The notes beneath the pieces were generated by a model. That model worked only from the letters and a program-made list of their open reading frames with translations. It was not told where the DNA came from and made no database searches. Below are positions 35,235 to 43,956 of a stretch of DNA of 64,000 bases, one piece after another; the first letter of the stretch is position 1, and each line of letters opens with the position of its first letter. The translations under genes and the position numbers were made by a program. The stretch is from Candidatus Nanoarchaeia archaeon (GTDB taxonomy: Archaea; Nanobdellota; Nanobdellia; Pacearchaeales; GW2011-AR1): contig JAQUKY010000001.1 of the NCBI GenBank assembly GCA_028718805.1, forward strand, positions 16,384 through 80,383. Reading direction: 5' to 3'.

Positions 35235-36215
35235 ATGGTAGAAAGATGTGCTAGATGTAGAGTTAGTGGTGAAGAAATAAGGCTCTTTGATTCTGTTTAT
35301 TCAGGAAAAATAGATAAGATTTGTGAGAGATGTTCTATTATTGAAAATATACCTGTAATAAAACGACCAGATGCATCCCAACTAAAGGAATCAGAAAGAG
35401 GGAAGGTTTATGATAGAATGAAAAGACTTTCTGGAATCAAAGAGCAGAAAAAAGAAGATACTTTCTTTATTGAAGACAGACTAAAGAAATTAGATGCTAT
35501 GCCAGAATTACAATTACCTGAAAAAAACAAATTGAATCTTATTGAACATTTTGAATGGGAAATTATGAGAAATAGAAGAAGAAAGGGGCTTACCCATGAA
35601 AGATTGGCAGAGAATCTTGGGGAGAGTGCTATTGCTATCGCTATGCTTGAAAAAGGAAAAGTACCTGAAGGTGCTGAAGGGCTAATAAGAAAACTTGAAC
35701 AATTTTTTCAGGTAAGATTAAGAAAGGTAAATTATGCAGATGCAATGCAGGAAAGAGTAAGGAGAGGGCCTGTGCTTTTGGATCGAGAGGGAAGGGAATT
35801 AGAGAGGATTCCTGAGCCAGAACCAGAAGTAATTGAAGAAAGTATTGAGGTGGATGAAGATAAAATTAACGAGGTTCTTGATTTAAGAGGTATTGATAAG
35901 GAAAAAGCAGAAGTTGATATAGGAAAAGTTAATTTAAGCCAGGTCAGGATAGGGGATTTAAAAGAGCTTCACAGGAAAAAAATAGAAGCAACAAAACAGG
36001 AAAAAGAAGAGGAAAAAAGAAGAATAGCAGAAAAACAGAAATTAGTTGAAGCAAGAAAAGAGGAAATGAGGTTAATGAGGGAGAAAGAATCTAAAGAATT
36101 AGATACTCGTTTAGGCGGAGCAGAGTTATTAAGCAAAGACAAAAAAGAAGAATTTGAGTCTGAAGAAGTAGATGATTTTGATAAAGAAATTGATTTAGAT
36201 GAAGAGGAGGATTAA
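35235..36215 (+). CDS. zinc-ribbon + XRE-type HTH protein (MBF1-like) with long charged coiled-coil tail
   Basis: CARCRVSG...CERCS zinc ribbon, then KGLTHERLAENLGESAIAIAMLEKGKVP (HTH_3-like), then a K/E-rich tail. Confidence 0.55.
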   Translation: MVERCARCRVSGEEIRLFDSVYSGKIDKICERCSIIENIPVIKRPDASQLKESERGKVYDRMKRLSGIKEQKKEDTFFIEDRLKKLDAMPELQLPEKNKLNLIEHFEWEIMRNRRRKGLTHERLAENLGESAIAIAMLEKGKVPEGAEGLIRKLEQFFQVRLRKVNYADAMQERVRRGPVLLDREGRELERIPEPEPEVIEESIEVDEDKINEVLDLRGIDKEKAEVDIGKVNLSQVRIGDLKELHRKKIEATKQEKEEEKRRIAEKQKLVEARKEEMRLMREKESKELDTRLGGAELLSKDKKEEFESEEVDDFDKEIDLDEEED

Positions 36216-36227
36216 GGTATTAAAGAG

Positions 36228-36539
36228 ATGAGAGAAGGCAGAGCAGCAGGGTTGGGAAAATACATTGCTAAGTCAATAAGGCAGTATGCAGCTCTTATTA
36301 ATGATCCTTCTTATGCGAAAACAATTAAAAGAATTTTGAGCGAGGAAGAGTTTAAGCCAAGAAAAAAGGGAAGCCCAAATCCAAAGAAAAATAAAAGTGC
36401 ATTAGCAGGTATTCCATACGATGAATTTGATGTCTCTATTCCTGAACATCATGCTGCCTTGCTTATAGAAAGAGGTCATTTTAATTATAATGCAGATACT
36501 GCTAACAGAATAAGAAAATCCCTTTTAGAACACCTATAA
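36228..36539 (+). CDS. hypothetical protein (103 aa)
   Basis: ORF only, 12 nt downstream of the previous gene. Confidence 0.4.
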   Translation: MREGRAAGLGKYIAKSIRQYAALINDPSYAKTIKRILSEEEFKPRKKGSPNPKKNKSALAGIPYDEFDVSIPEHHAALLIERGHFNYNADTANRIRKSLLEHL

Positions 36540-36641
36540 GAAACCTTTTTAAACCTATTTTTCTCACATTTCTATATAACCTACTATATTTGTAACAGAT
36601 AAAACGAGATTTGTTATGGATGAGAAGAGTAATAGAAGCTG

Positions 36642-36662
36642 CTCATCTGCAAAGCGAATAAG
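36642..36662 (-). repeat. 21-nt motif CTCATCTGCAAAGCGAATAAG (exact reverse-complement copy at 40310-40330)
   Basis: Exact match read off the sequence. Its end lies 34 nt upstream of the rpoL ATG. Confidence 0.8.
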
Positions 36663-36696
36663 AGTTATAAATTACTAAAACAATCAAAATAAAAAA

Positions 36697-36960
36697 ATGG
36701 ATATAAAAATTCTTAAGGACGAGAAAAATGAATTAGATGTTCAGATAGATAATCAAACAGTAGCTGAACTTATAAGGGTCTATTTAAATGAAGATGATAG
36801 TGTTAAGCTCGGTGCATGGAAGAAAGAGCATTATTCCAAACCAGTTATTTTAAGAGTGGAAACAGATGGGAAAACTGCCAAGAAAGCACTGCAGGATGCT
36901 ATTTCTAAAGCGCAAAAGGATTTAAGCAAGTATGCTGATGAGTTTAAGAAAGCAGGTTAA
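36697..36960 (+). CDS. rpoL: DNA-directed RNA polymerase subunit L (Rpo11)
   Basis: 87 aa. ELDVQIDNQTVAELIRVYLNEDDSVKLGAWKKEHYSKPVILRVETDGKTAKKALQDA fits the RpoL/Rpb11 fold pattern. Confidence 0.6.
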   Translation: MDIKILKDEKNELDVQIDNQTVAELIRVYLNEDDSVKLGAWKKEHYSKPVILRVETDGKTAKKALQDAISKAQKDLSKYADEFKKAG

Positions 36961-36962
36961 AA

Positions 36963-38141
36963 TTATTTTTTGAGGTTGTAATAAACTTCTTCAAGTTTTG
37001 AAATACACTTGTCTATGTTGTATCCTTTAGCGTCTTTGTAACTTTTTTCACCCATTTTTTTCATTAGTTTTTTATTTTTTAAAATCTTAAGGCATTTTTC
37101 TGCTAATTGTTTTGGAGAGTTTGGATCAAAGAGAAAACCATTGTCATTAACAAAATATCGTGATGCACTATTCTCCGCGTTCGATATTAGTATTGGTTTA
37201 CCACATGCCATTGCTTCTAACACAACCATACCTTCAAGTTCTACGAAAGAAGGAAGCACAAAAATGTCACAGAAATTATAGGCCCGGATAAGTTCTTCAT
37301 CGGAAACGAAGCCAAGAAATTTAATTTTATGTCCCCCCTTTATTTTTTTTGCAGTCTTTTCAAGCTGTTCTTTTAGTCTTCCTTTTCCGATTATGCAAAT
37401 TTCAAAATTTCCATAGCTTTTGCATATATGAGGAATTGAATTTAAAATTAAGTTAACATTTTTTTCTGGATCCAATCTTCCAACGAACATAATTTTTTTT
37501 GTATCTCTTGAAAACCCGTATTTTTCAGCATGTTTGTGGGGATTTCTGATTTTTTTGAATTTAGAGAGATTTACGCCGTTGCTTATAACTTTTGTTTCTG
37601 GTTGTACACCTCTTAATTTAATCAATTGTTCTGCAAATTTTGATGGACAGATGATAATATCTGCCTTATTGTAAGTATTTATAAGATATTTATAGAAGAT
37701 TTTTGATGCTGTCTTTCTAAACAGGGGTACGTATGGTTCCAAATTTTCAGGCTGGGTGTGGGAATGAGCCACAACTTTCAAATTTAATGCCCTCGCAGCT
37801 TTAACTGTAGCGAGTGAAAGCGGTGTTGGAATCATGAAGTGGACTATATCTATTTTTTCTTTCTTTAGAATTTTTTTTATTTTGCCCGATCTTGCAAAAG
37901 AAAAATACATCTTTTTTTCAGAACCAGGAATCAAGACTCCCGGAGAAAATCTGTAAATTTTCACTTTATTGTGGTATGCGATATTCCTCTCTTTTGGATG
38001 TTTAGAAGAGATTAATATAACTTTATGTCCTCTTTTTGATAAAAGTTCTGCAACACGCAGAGTTGAGACAAATGATCCACATAAAACTTTGCTTACGGCA
38101 TCACATACTATAGCTATATTGAGCTTTTTTTTCTGCATCAT
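36963..38141 (-). CDS. GT-B fold glycosyltransferase (GT4/GT1 family)
   Basis: C-terminal E-x7-E motif (FVELEGMVVLEAMACGKPIL) and N-terminal IAIVCD..GG-type start. Confidence 0.75.
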   Translation of the reverse strand: MMQKKKLNIAIVCDAVSKVLCGSFVSTLRVAELLSKRGHKVILISSKHPKERNIAYHNKVKIYRFSPGVLIPGSEKKMYFSFARSGKIKKILKKEKIDIVHFMIPTPLSLATVKAARALNLKVVAHSHTQPENLEPYVPLFRKTASKIFYKYLINTYNKADIIICPSKFAEQLIKLRGVQPETKVISNGVNLSKFKKIRNPHKHAEKYGFSRDTKKIMFVGRLDPEKNVNLILNSIPHICKSYGNFEICIIGKGRLKEQLEKTAKKIKGGHKIKFLGFVSDEELIRAYNFCDIFVLPSFVELEGMVVLEAMACGKPILISNAENSASRYFVNDNGFLFDPNSPKQLAEKCLKILKNKKLMKKMGEKSYKDAKGYNIDKCISKLEEVYYNLKK

Positions 38142-38222
38142 CTTTCTTGATTATATTTATCCCCTTTTCTTTTTAAATTTATCTTTAGAAAAGTTTTTAA
38201 TTAGCATAAGTTAATAACTTAT

Positions 38223-38822
38223 ATGATTGCCCAATCATTTGACAATGCTTTTATTCTTGCGCAAACAAGTAGTTATTTCTTAATATTTATTTTAATGGTT
38301 TTTGAAGGACCAGTAATTACTACTGCCGCAGCATTTGCTTCTTCTCTTGGTTTTTTAAATATTTGGATTATCTTTTTTCTTTCTTTACTAGGAGATTTAG
38401 TAGGGGATTTTATGTATTTTCTGCTTGGTAAAGGTGGGAGAATGGCAGTAATAGAAAAATTTGAAGGTAAGATTGGGTTTAAAAGAATAAGTAAACTAGA
38501 GAGGAATATAAAAAATCATTTTGGAAAAACATTATTGGCAATTAAATTTACTCCCTTGATAGGGGGTCCAGGTTTAATGCTTACAGGAGCTTTAAAAATT
38601 CCTATAAAAAGATTTTTATTTTATTCATTTATAATTACTCTTCCCAGGACAATATTTTTTACAGCGCTTGGATTCTATTTTGGGTTGACAGTTAATTCTG
38701 TGTTAAAATACCTTAAACTAGGAGAATATGCTCTACTTTTTATATTAATAGCTGCGATTATAGTATATATAGTTTATAAGAAATTATTTGAAGAAGTTTC
38801 AAAGGAATTGTTAAAAGTTTAA
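38223..38822 (+). CDS. DedA/SNARE-associated family membrane protein
   Basis: VFEGPVITTAAAFASSLG near the N-terminus and 4-5 TM helices, about 200 aa. Confidence 0.5.
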   Translation: MIAQSFDNAFILAQTSSYFLIFILMVFEGPVITTAAAFASSLGFLNIWIIFFLSLLGDLVGDFMYFLLGKGGRMAVIEKFEGKIGFKRISKLERNIKNHFGKTLLAIKFTPLIGGPGLMLTGALKIPIKRFLFYSFIITLPRTIFFTALGFYFGLTVNSVLKYLKLGEYALLFILIAAIIVYIVYKKLFEEVSKELLKV

Positions 38823-39442
38823 TAACTGTTTATCCTCTTAAACATATATTCCCCTATTTTAAAGCTCCCATAAGTTATAAAAACGGCAGCAAAAACATCT
38901 ATGCTGTAATGAACATGCATAAGCAGAACAGTCAAGGCCATTACAAATGTAGCAATCAGGAAAAAGATACCTATTTTTTCTTTTCTGAACAGCAAAAAAC
39001 CTAAAAATGCAATTGCTACATGGCCTGAAAAGAACTGGTCATTATGAAAAACAAGCACATTGTAAATATGCGGCATTTTTATTATTATTGCATTTACAGG
39101 AGCAGATAGATGTGTTAATGAAATAAAAAAACTTCTTATCAAGACAAGCAGGCTAAACTGGCTTATTGCTTTATGCAAATCTTTAACATTAAAAAATAAA
39201 ACATAGAATAGTCCAATTGCTATGACCAGAGTATAGCCCCAGATAAAAATAAAAGATAAATTAATTACGGGCAGATGGTCTAATATTAAATCTGAAACTG
39301 CGGACACTTTGGCCTTTTCATCAACATATTCTCCAGCAAAGTTATTTAAAATTAAAGCTATTGCAAGAAAGATTAATGAAAATATTATAGCTTTCTTATT
39401 ATTCCTTATTTCAAATTTCCATTCCCGCATTCTTTCACCCAT
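38819..39442 (-). CDS. PAP2-superfamily membrane protein (PAP2_C / sphingomyelin-synthase-like)
   Basis: FFSGHVAIAF and HVHYSIDVFAA motifs (SGH ... H-x-x-x-D) in a polytopic membrane protein. Confidence 0.55.
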   Translation of the reverse strand: MGERMREWKFEIRNNKKAIIFSLIFLAIALILNNFAGEYVDEKAKVSAVSDLILDHLPVINLSFIFIWGYTLVIAIGLFYVLFFNVKDLHKAISQFSLLVLIRSFFISLTHLSAPVNAIIIKMPHIYNVLVFHNDQFFSGHVAIAFLGFLLFRKEKIGIFFLIATFVMALTVLLMHVHYSIDVFAAVFITYGSFKIGEYMFKRINSY

Positions 39443-39490
39443 TTTATAGATAAATTATTTAAACTTTAAAAACTTTTACAAAAATAAAAC

Positions 39491-39928
39491 TTATCTCCAT
39501 AAGAAATACCAGGATAAAACAGCAATTATAATCCCGGTTACATAACCTAAGGGTATTATCTTTTTTCCGTTAATTTTTATCCAGGGATAATAATCTGAAA
39601 AGCTAGTAAAAAATTCTTTAAATTTAACAACCGGATTTACAACATACCACATAAAATCTTCTATTACCATCCCTGAAAAATAAGCACTGACTAAAATTCC
39701 AAATAATTTTGTATCCCATCCGTAAATTACTAGGGGCAGGCTTAATAAAAGAGGGAACATAACCCAAGAGATATAAACATGGTATGCAGAAATAACATAT
39801 TTCCCGATTCTTATCTTCCAGCCAAGTTTCCCTTTATCCCATGCATTTCTGCCTTCAACATAAGATTCCCAGAAAGACATTGCAATCATTGCTGCATAAA
39901 TCAAAATAAAAATTAGTAAGATATTCAT
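39491..39928 (-). CDS. hypothetical polytopic membrane protein (145 aa)
   Basis: Four hydrophobic helices. No motif recognised. Confidence 0.45.
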   Translation of the reverse strand: MNILLIFILIYAAMIAMSFWESYVEGRNAWDKGKLGWKIRIGKYVISAYHVYISWVMFPLLLSLPLVIYGWDTKLFGILVSAYFSGMVIEDFMWYVVNPVVKFKEFFTSFSDYYPWIKINGKKIIPLGYVTGIIIAVLSWYFLWR

Positions 39929-39959
39929 CTCTATTTTTTTGTTTATTTTCTAAACCTGT

Positions 39960-40238
39960 TTATTTCTCAAACTTGCTTATTCTTTCCATTGATGTAAAAG
40001 GGAAAGGGCGTTTGTTTGAAACAAAGGTCATGTATCTGATAAGCTTGTAAATTTCAGTGTTCCAGTATTCACAAAAGCCTGCAAGTTCCTTGTTTCTTTT
40101 TCCTGAAAAAACAACTATAAACCAGTTGACTATTCCCAAAATAACTATTAAGATTTTCCAGACGCCTAAAATAATCCCAGAAACTATGCCTACTATAATT
40201 CTCATCCATCCCTCTTTTCTTTCACTTAATTTTCCCAT
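39960..40238 (-). CDS. small membrane protein (DUF4389-like)
   Basis: Two TM helices, then FCEYWNTEIYKLIRYMTFVSNKRPFPF. The family assignment is from memory and tentative. Confidence 0.4.
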   Translation of the reverse strand: MGKLSERKEGWMRIIVGIVSGIILGVWKILIVILGIVNWFIVVFSGKRNKELAGFCEYWNTEIYKLIRYMTFVSNKRPFPFTSMERISKFEK

Positions 40239-40309
40239 AATATTAGATGTTTTTTGTGTTTATAAATCTAATCTTATATTTTATTTTTTTGTCTCAATAA
40301 TTCTATAGA

Positions 40310-40330
40310 CTTATTCGCTTTGCAGATGAG
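40310..40330 (+). repeat. 21-nt motif CTTATTCGCTTTGCAGATGAG (reverse complement of 36642-36662)
   Basis: Exact match. 72 nt upstream of the minus-strand start at 40238, in the same orientation relative to that gene as the other copy has to rpoL. Confidence 0.8.
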
Positions 40331-40439
40331 GAGGTTAAAATTTTTTGCTTTTCTTGTGTGTATTATTTAGGTTTATACATTACTGATAAGGTTCTAATAA
40401 AACAATAATACTTATAACTGAATTTTATCTTATTTATTA

Positions 40440-40943
40440 ATGGAAAATCTCGATATTGAATTTAAAGCTACTCTAATAAAATTTCCTCTGTTAAATGCAG
40501 ATAATTTTCTTTATAAAATAAGTGAGAGTGGAATTATTAAATTTCCTGGACTTTGTGTTGATTATACTCTTCCTGGAAATAGAGTAGTTCTCTGCTATAA
40601 CTGGGCTGAAGAAGAATTAATACAAAGAGAAGATGTTTTAAGAAAAGGAGTTATGGGTTATACTGGAAAAATGCCAAGAGATCAATTAACAATAACTATT
40701 TTTAAAGATTTTGATTATGGTTCTATCTTATCTGCTGAAATTGCCAAACCTATAATCTTACCCTGGAAAGATTTTAATGTTGATAATGGAACAGAGCGCC
40801 AGAGACTTGAATTTAAAATTCTTGAAAAAGTTAAAAGGCATAAATTAAATCAAACTAAGGGTTATGAAAATGACAGAATAATAAAAGACTTAATGAAGGA
40901 GTATATTGATAAATTTGGAAATCAAAATTCTTGGGTAGTATAA
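40440..40943 (+). CDS. hypothetical protein (167 aa), co-transcribed with radB
   Basis: The stop is 1 nt before the radB ATG. Confidence 0.45.
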   Translation: MENLDIEFKATLIKFPLLNADNFLYKISESGIIKFPGLCVDYTLPGNRVVLCYNWAEEELIQREDVLRKGVMGYTGKMPRDQLTITIFKDFDYGSILSAEIAKPIILPWKDFNVDNGTERQRLEFKILEKVKRHKLNQTKGYENDRIIKDLMKEYIDKFGNQNSWVV

Positions 40944-40944
40944 A

Positions 40945-41709
40945 ATGGAAAAAATTGAGATTGAAGCAAGGGATGAGAGAAAAATATCAAGTAAACTTAT
41001 GACAGGCAGTTATGATTTGAACAATTGGCTTGAAGGGGGTTATGAAAACGACATAATAACTCTGTTTTATGGGCCTTATGCATCTGGAAAGAGCAATTTT
41101 GTTGTTTTAGCTGCATGCCATAATGCAAAAAAAGGAAAGAAAATTATTTTTATTGACACAGAAGGAAGCCTTTCTTTAGACAGGATTAAGCAGATGACAG
41201 GAAATCTTCCAGAGATAGTTTTAAAAAATATGGTGATTCTCAAGCCAACTAATTTTAAAGAACAAAAAGAAGCTTTTTTAAAGCTGCATAAAGAGATTAA
41301 AAGTGAGAATATAGGATTGATTATTGTTGATTCTATGACAATGCTTTACAGATTAGAGTTGGCAGAAGCAAGAAAATCTGGGAGAGATGGAGTTATGGAT
41401 GTAAATAATGATCTGGCAAAACAGATGAATGCATTGTATGAAATTGCAAGAAAGCAACAGATACCTATTTTAATAACAAGCCAGGTTTATTCAGAGTTTT
41501 TGAGCGAGGAAGATTGGCAGGCGGGGAAAGAAGCTGGGGTCAATGTTGTTGGCGGAGATTTATTGAAATATTACTGCAAGTGCATAATTGAATTGCAGAA
41601 TAGAAACGGGAAAAAGAAAGCTATTATAAGGAAGCACAGAAGCATGCCTGAAACAGAACTAAATTTTGAAATCTGCAATGAAGGGATAAGAAAGAGGGGG
41701 TGGCTGTGA
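40945..41709 (+). CDS. radB: RadB-like recombinase paralog (RecA/RadA superfamily)
   Basis: Walker A variant YGPYASGKSNF, FIDTEGS, Walker B LIIVDSMTMLYR and ILITSQVY. Confidence 0.7.
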   Translation: MEKIEIEARDERKISSKLMTGSYDLNNWLEGGYENDIITLFYGPYASGKSNFVVLAACHNAKKGKKIIFIDTEGSLSLDRIKQMTGNLPEIVLKNMVILKPTNFKEQKEAFLKLHKEIKSENIGLIIVDSMTMLYRLELAEARKSGRDGVMDVNNDLAKQMNALYEIARKQQIPILITSQVYSEFLSEEDWQAGKEAGVNVVGGDLLKYYCKCIIELQNRNGKKKAIIRKHRSMPETELNFEICNEGIRKRGWL

Positions 41710-41716
41710 TATATTT

Positions 41717-41956
41717 CTAGGGGCAGTAACCGAGCAACTTTTCTTTAGGGGCTATGATAGTCCCCCCGCGAAAACAATATACCCTATAATCACTTCTTTG
41801 TTCAATTTCTGCAGCTCTTGTTCTTAGTTCACTATTTAATTTCGATTTTTCTTCTGGACTACATTTCTCTGTATAAATTCCGTTTGGTAATGTTCTTGTC
41901 ATAAAATATGTTAATAAATAGGGATATAAAAAGATTGTTATGTTATAATCTATCAC
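41717..41956 (-). CDS. hypothetical small protein
   Basis: ORF only. The real start may be the internal Met (MTRTLPNG) at 41902. Confidence 0.3.
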   Translation of the reverse strand: MIDYNITIFLYPYLLTYFMTRTLPNGIYTEKCSPEEKSKLNSELRTRAAEIEQRSDYRVYCFRGGTIIAPKEKLLGYCP

Positions 41957-41992
41957 AGATTTATTTTTAAATCGTATTCTCTTTAATTTTAT

Positions 41993-42625
41993 ATGGCTTG
42001 TTTAGGCAGCTTGATATTAAGCAAAGGAAAGAAATTTGAAGAATCTTATAAGACTCCTAAAGCACCATCTAAACTTTCTAATAAACAAATAAAAGATTAT
42101 CTTGCAACTTATGGATGGGTAAATAAAGACCAGAATTTCGATTTTAATATTCCACATTTAATTGCAAGCCCGATTGATAAACCTAAAAAAGGATTAGAAT
42201 TCAAATCAGGATATACAGGAGATGTGAAATATTCTGGAATAACTGATAATATGTATAGGCATTTTAGCAGAAAAGAGGCAGAGGAATATGTTTCAGGTGA
42301 TAGGGCGAGTTTTGAAAACAGACAAATAAAAATAGACACTTATTTTAATGAAGTCCTATATGAATCCTGGAAAAGAGGGATTATAACTTTAGAGAGAAAA
42401 GTTGGTACGATTTATATGGGTAAGAAAAAAATTAAATTTGATAAACCCATCGAAACTATTTTTCTTAATGATTTAATTAGCTTGAGAATGGGTGCTTCTC
42501 TTAAAAGAGATTCTGTTCAGAATAGGAGATTTATACGACAAATGAAAGATTTAGAGATTTTTGAAGAGGCATCAAAACGGGCTATAGAAAGAGATGATAG
42601 GCCTATTTGTGCAGCTGTCGGTTAA
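41993..42625 (+). CDS. hypothetical protein (210 aa)
   Basis: ORF only. Confidence 0.45.
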   Translation: MACLGSLILSKGKKFEESYKTPKAPSKLSNKQIKDYLATYGWVNKDQNFDFNIPHLIASPIDKPKKGLEFKSGYTGDVKYSGITDNMYRHFSRKEAEEYVSGDRASFENRQIKIDTYFNEVLYESWKRGIITLERKVGTIYMGKKKIKFDKPIETIFLNDLISLRMGASLKRDSVQNRRFIRQMKDLEIFEEASKRAIERDDRPICAAVG

Positions 42626-42637
42626 TCTTTCTTATTT

Positions 42638-43375
42638 TTACTTCTTAGCATATTTCCACATTAACCTGAATTGATTTTTGTAAGACTCTGCATTATCTTT
42701 ATTTTTTATTACAACTGCAATTGGAGGCTTTGCTGTCCAGATAAATAAAACAACTGTATCTTTGTAAATTATTGTGTCTGTTATGCTGGAATATTCTTTT
42801 GGATGAAATCTTGTTTCACCATAATAGTCTTTTATTAGTTCAGGATTTTTCTTTTTTAATTCAGCATTAAAAATAACATAAGATTTTATTTTGTATTTTT
42901 TCTTTTGTTTTTGCCATAAATCCCAATATTCCTTCATGACCTCTTTAAACAAGCCGGAAACTCCAAAATCATAATACTCTCCTTTTGGATTTAGTTCTTC
43001 TAACATTTTATCCATGACTGAACGAATGCCTTTAACTCCTGAATAAACCGTAATCTCCTGCAGCTCTTTTCCTATTCTTGATTTTTCTTTTAAATTAGGG
43101 AGAATTTCCTGCAGTTTTCTCTGTTTTTCTTTTAATATATCCAAAAATCTCTCTGGTTCTGCTGCTGAAAAATATTGTTTTTTGCCTTTTATCACAGAAG
43201 AAGCAAGTCCTTTTTCTTTTAATCTCTGGAGTATCTGGTAAGTTGTTCCTCTGTGCAATCCCGTTTTCTTTATTATCGGGCCTGCTAAAGTCGAGCCTGT
43301 TTCAATCAGAGCAAGATAAACTTTTGCTTCAGCTTCTGACAAGCCTAAGCCTTCCAAGACTTCTATTTCTGGCAT
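42638..43375 (-). CDS. TrmB-family transcriptional regulator
   Basis: LGLSEAEAKVYLALIETGSTLAGPIIKKTGLHRGTTYQILQRLKEKGLAS is the TrmB N-terminal winged helix. Confidence 0.75.
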   Translation of the reverse strand: MPEIEVLEGLGLSEAEAKVYLALIETGSTLAGPIIKKTGLHRGTTYQILQRLKEKGLASSVIKGKKQYFSAAEPERFLDILKEKQRKLQEILPNLKEKSRIGKELQEITVYSGVKGIRSVMDKMLEELNPKGEYYDFGVSGLFKEVMKEYWDLWQKQKKKYKIKSYVIFNAELKKKNPELIKDYYGETRFHPKEYSSITDTIIYKDTVVLFIWTAKPPIAVVIKNKDNAESYKNQFRLMWKYAKK

Positions 43376-43527
43376 CTTACAAATAGCATTTCTGACTATT
43401 TAAATTCTTTTATTCTGTCATCTTAATTAAGACTACAATTGTTTAAATAATTGGGTGTTGTTACTATATCATAATAAATAATTAAATAAAACGATACAAA
43501 ATAAATTCAAACAGGAGGTAAAACAAA

Positions 43528-43956
43528 ATGGAAACAAATAATGAAAAAGCAAGGGAATTGCTTGCACAATTCAAGAACAGAAACTTTGCAAAAATTGAAG
43601 ATGTCAATCCTTTAAATCTGGAATTATTGGCAGTTAGAGATTACGGATCTTGTGACGGACTTTTTGGATTGTTTGGGGATTGTACTTACACTAACAGTTT
43701 TACTGTAGTTAAAAATCCATCAGTAACAGAAACACCTGGCAGAAGATATGTTATAGAAGGAAAATGGACTGACACATTAGTACACCGTAAAACAGAATAT
43801 TCTTTATTAAAAAGAATGTTTGGGAAACCAAAGATAAGGCATGATTACTGGTTAGGTTCTGATATTAATCCAGACCATACTGAATTTGATTATTGTGAGA
43901 TGGCTGATAAAGATAGAGAAGTCATTCCGCTTACTGCTATTTCCCCTTCTCTTTAG
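43528..43956 (+). CDS. hypothetical protein (142 aa)
   Basis: ORF preceded by a GGAGGT Shine-Dalgarno-like sequence. Its 3' end overlaps the topA 3' end by 20 nt (convergent). Confidence 0.45.
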   Translation: METNNEKARELLAQFKNRNFAKIEDVNPLNLELLAVRDYGSCDGLFGLFGDCTYTNSFTVVKNPSVTETPGRRYVIEGKWTDTLVHRKTEYSLLKRMFGKPKIRHDYWLGSDINPDHTEFDYCEMADKDREVIPLTAISPSL

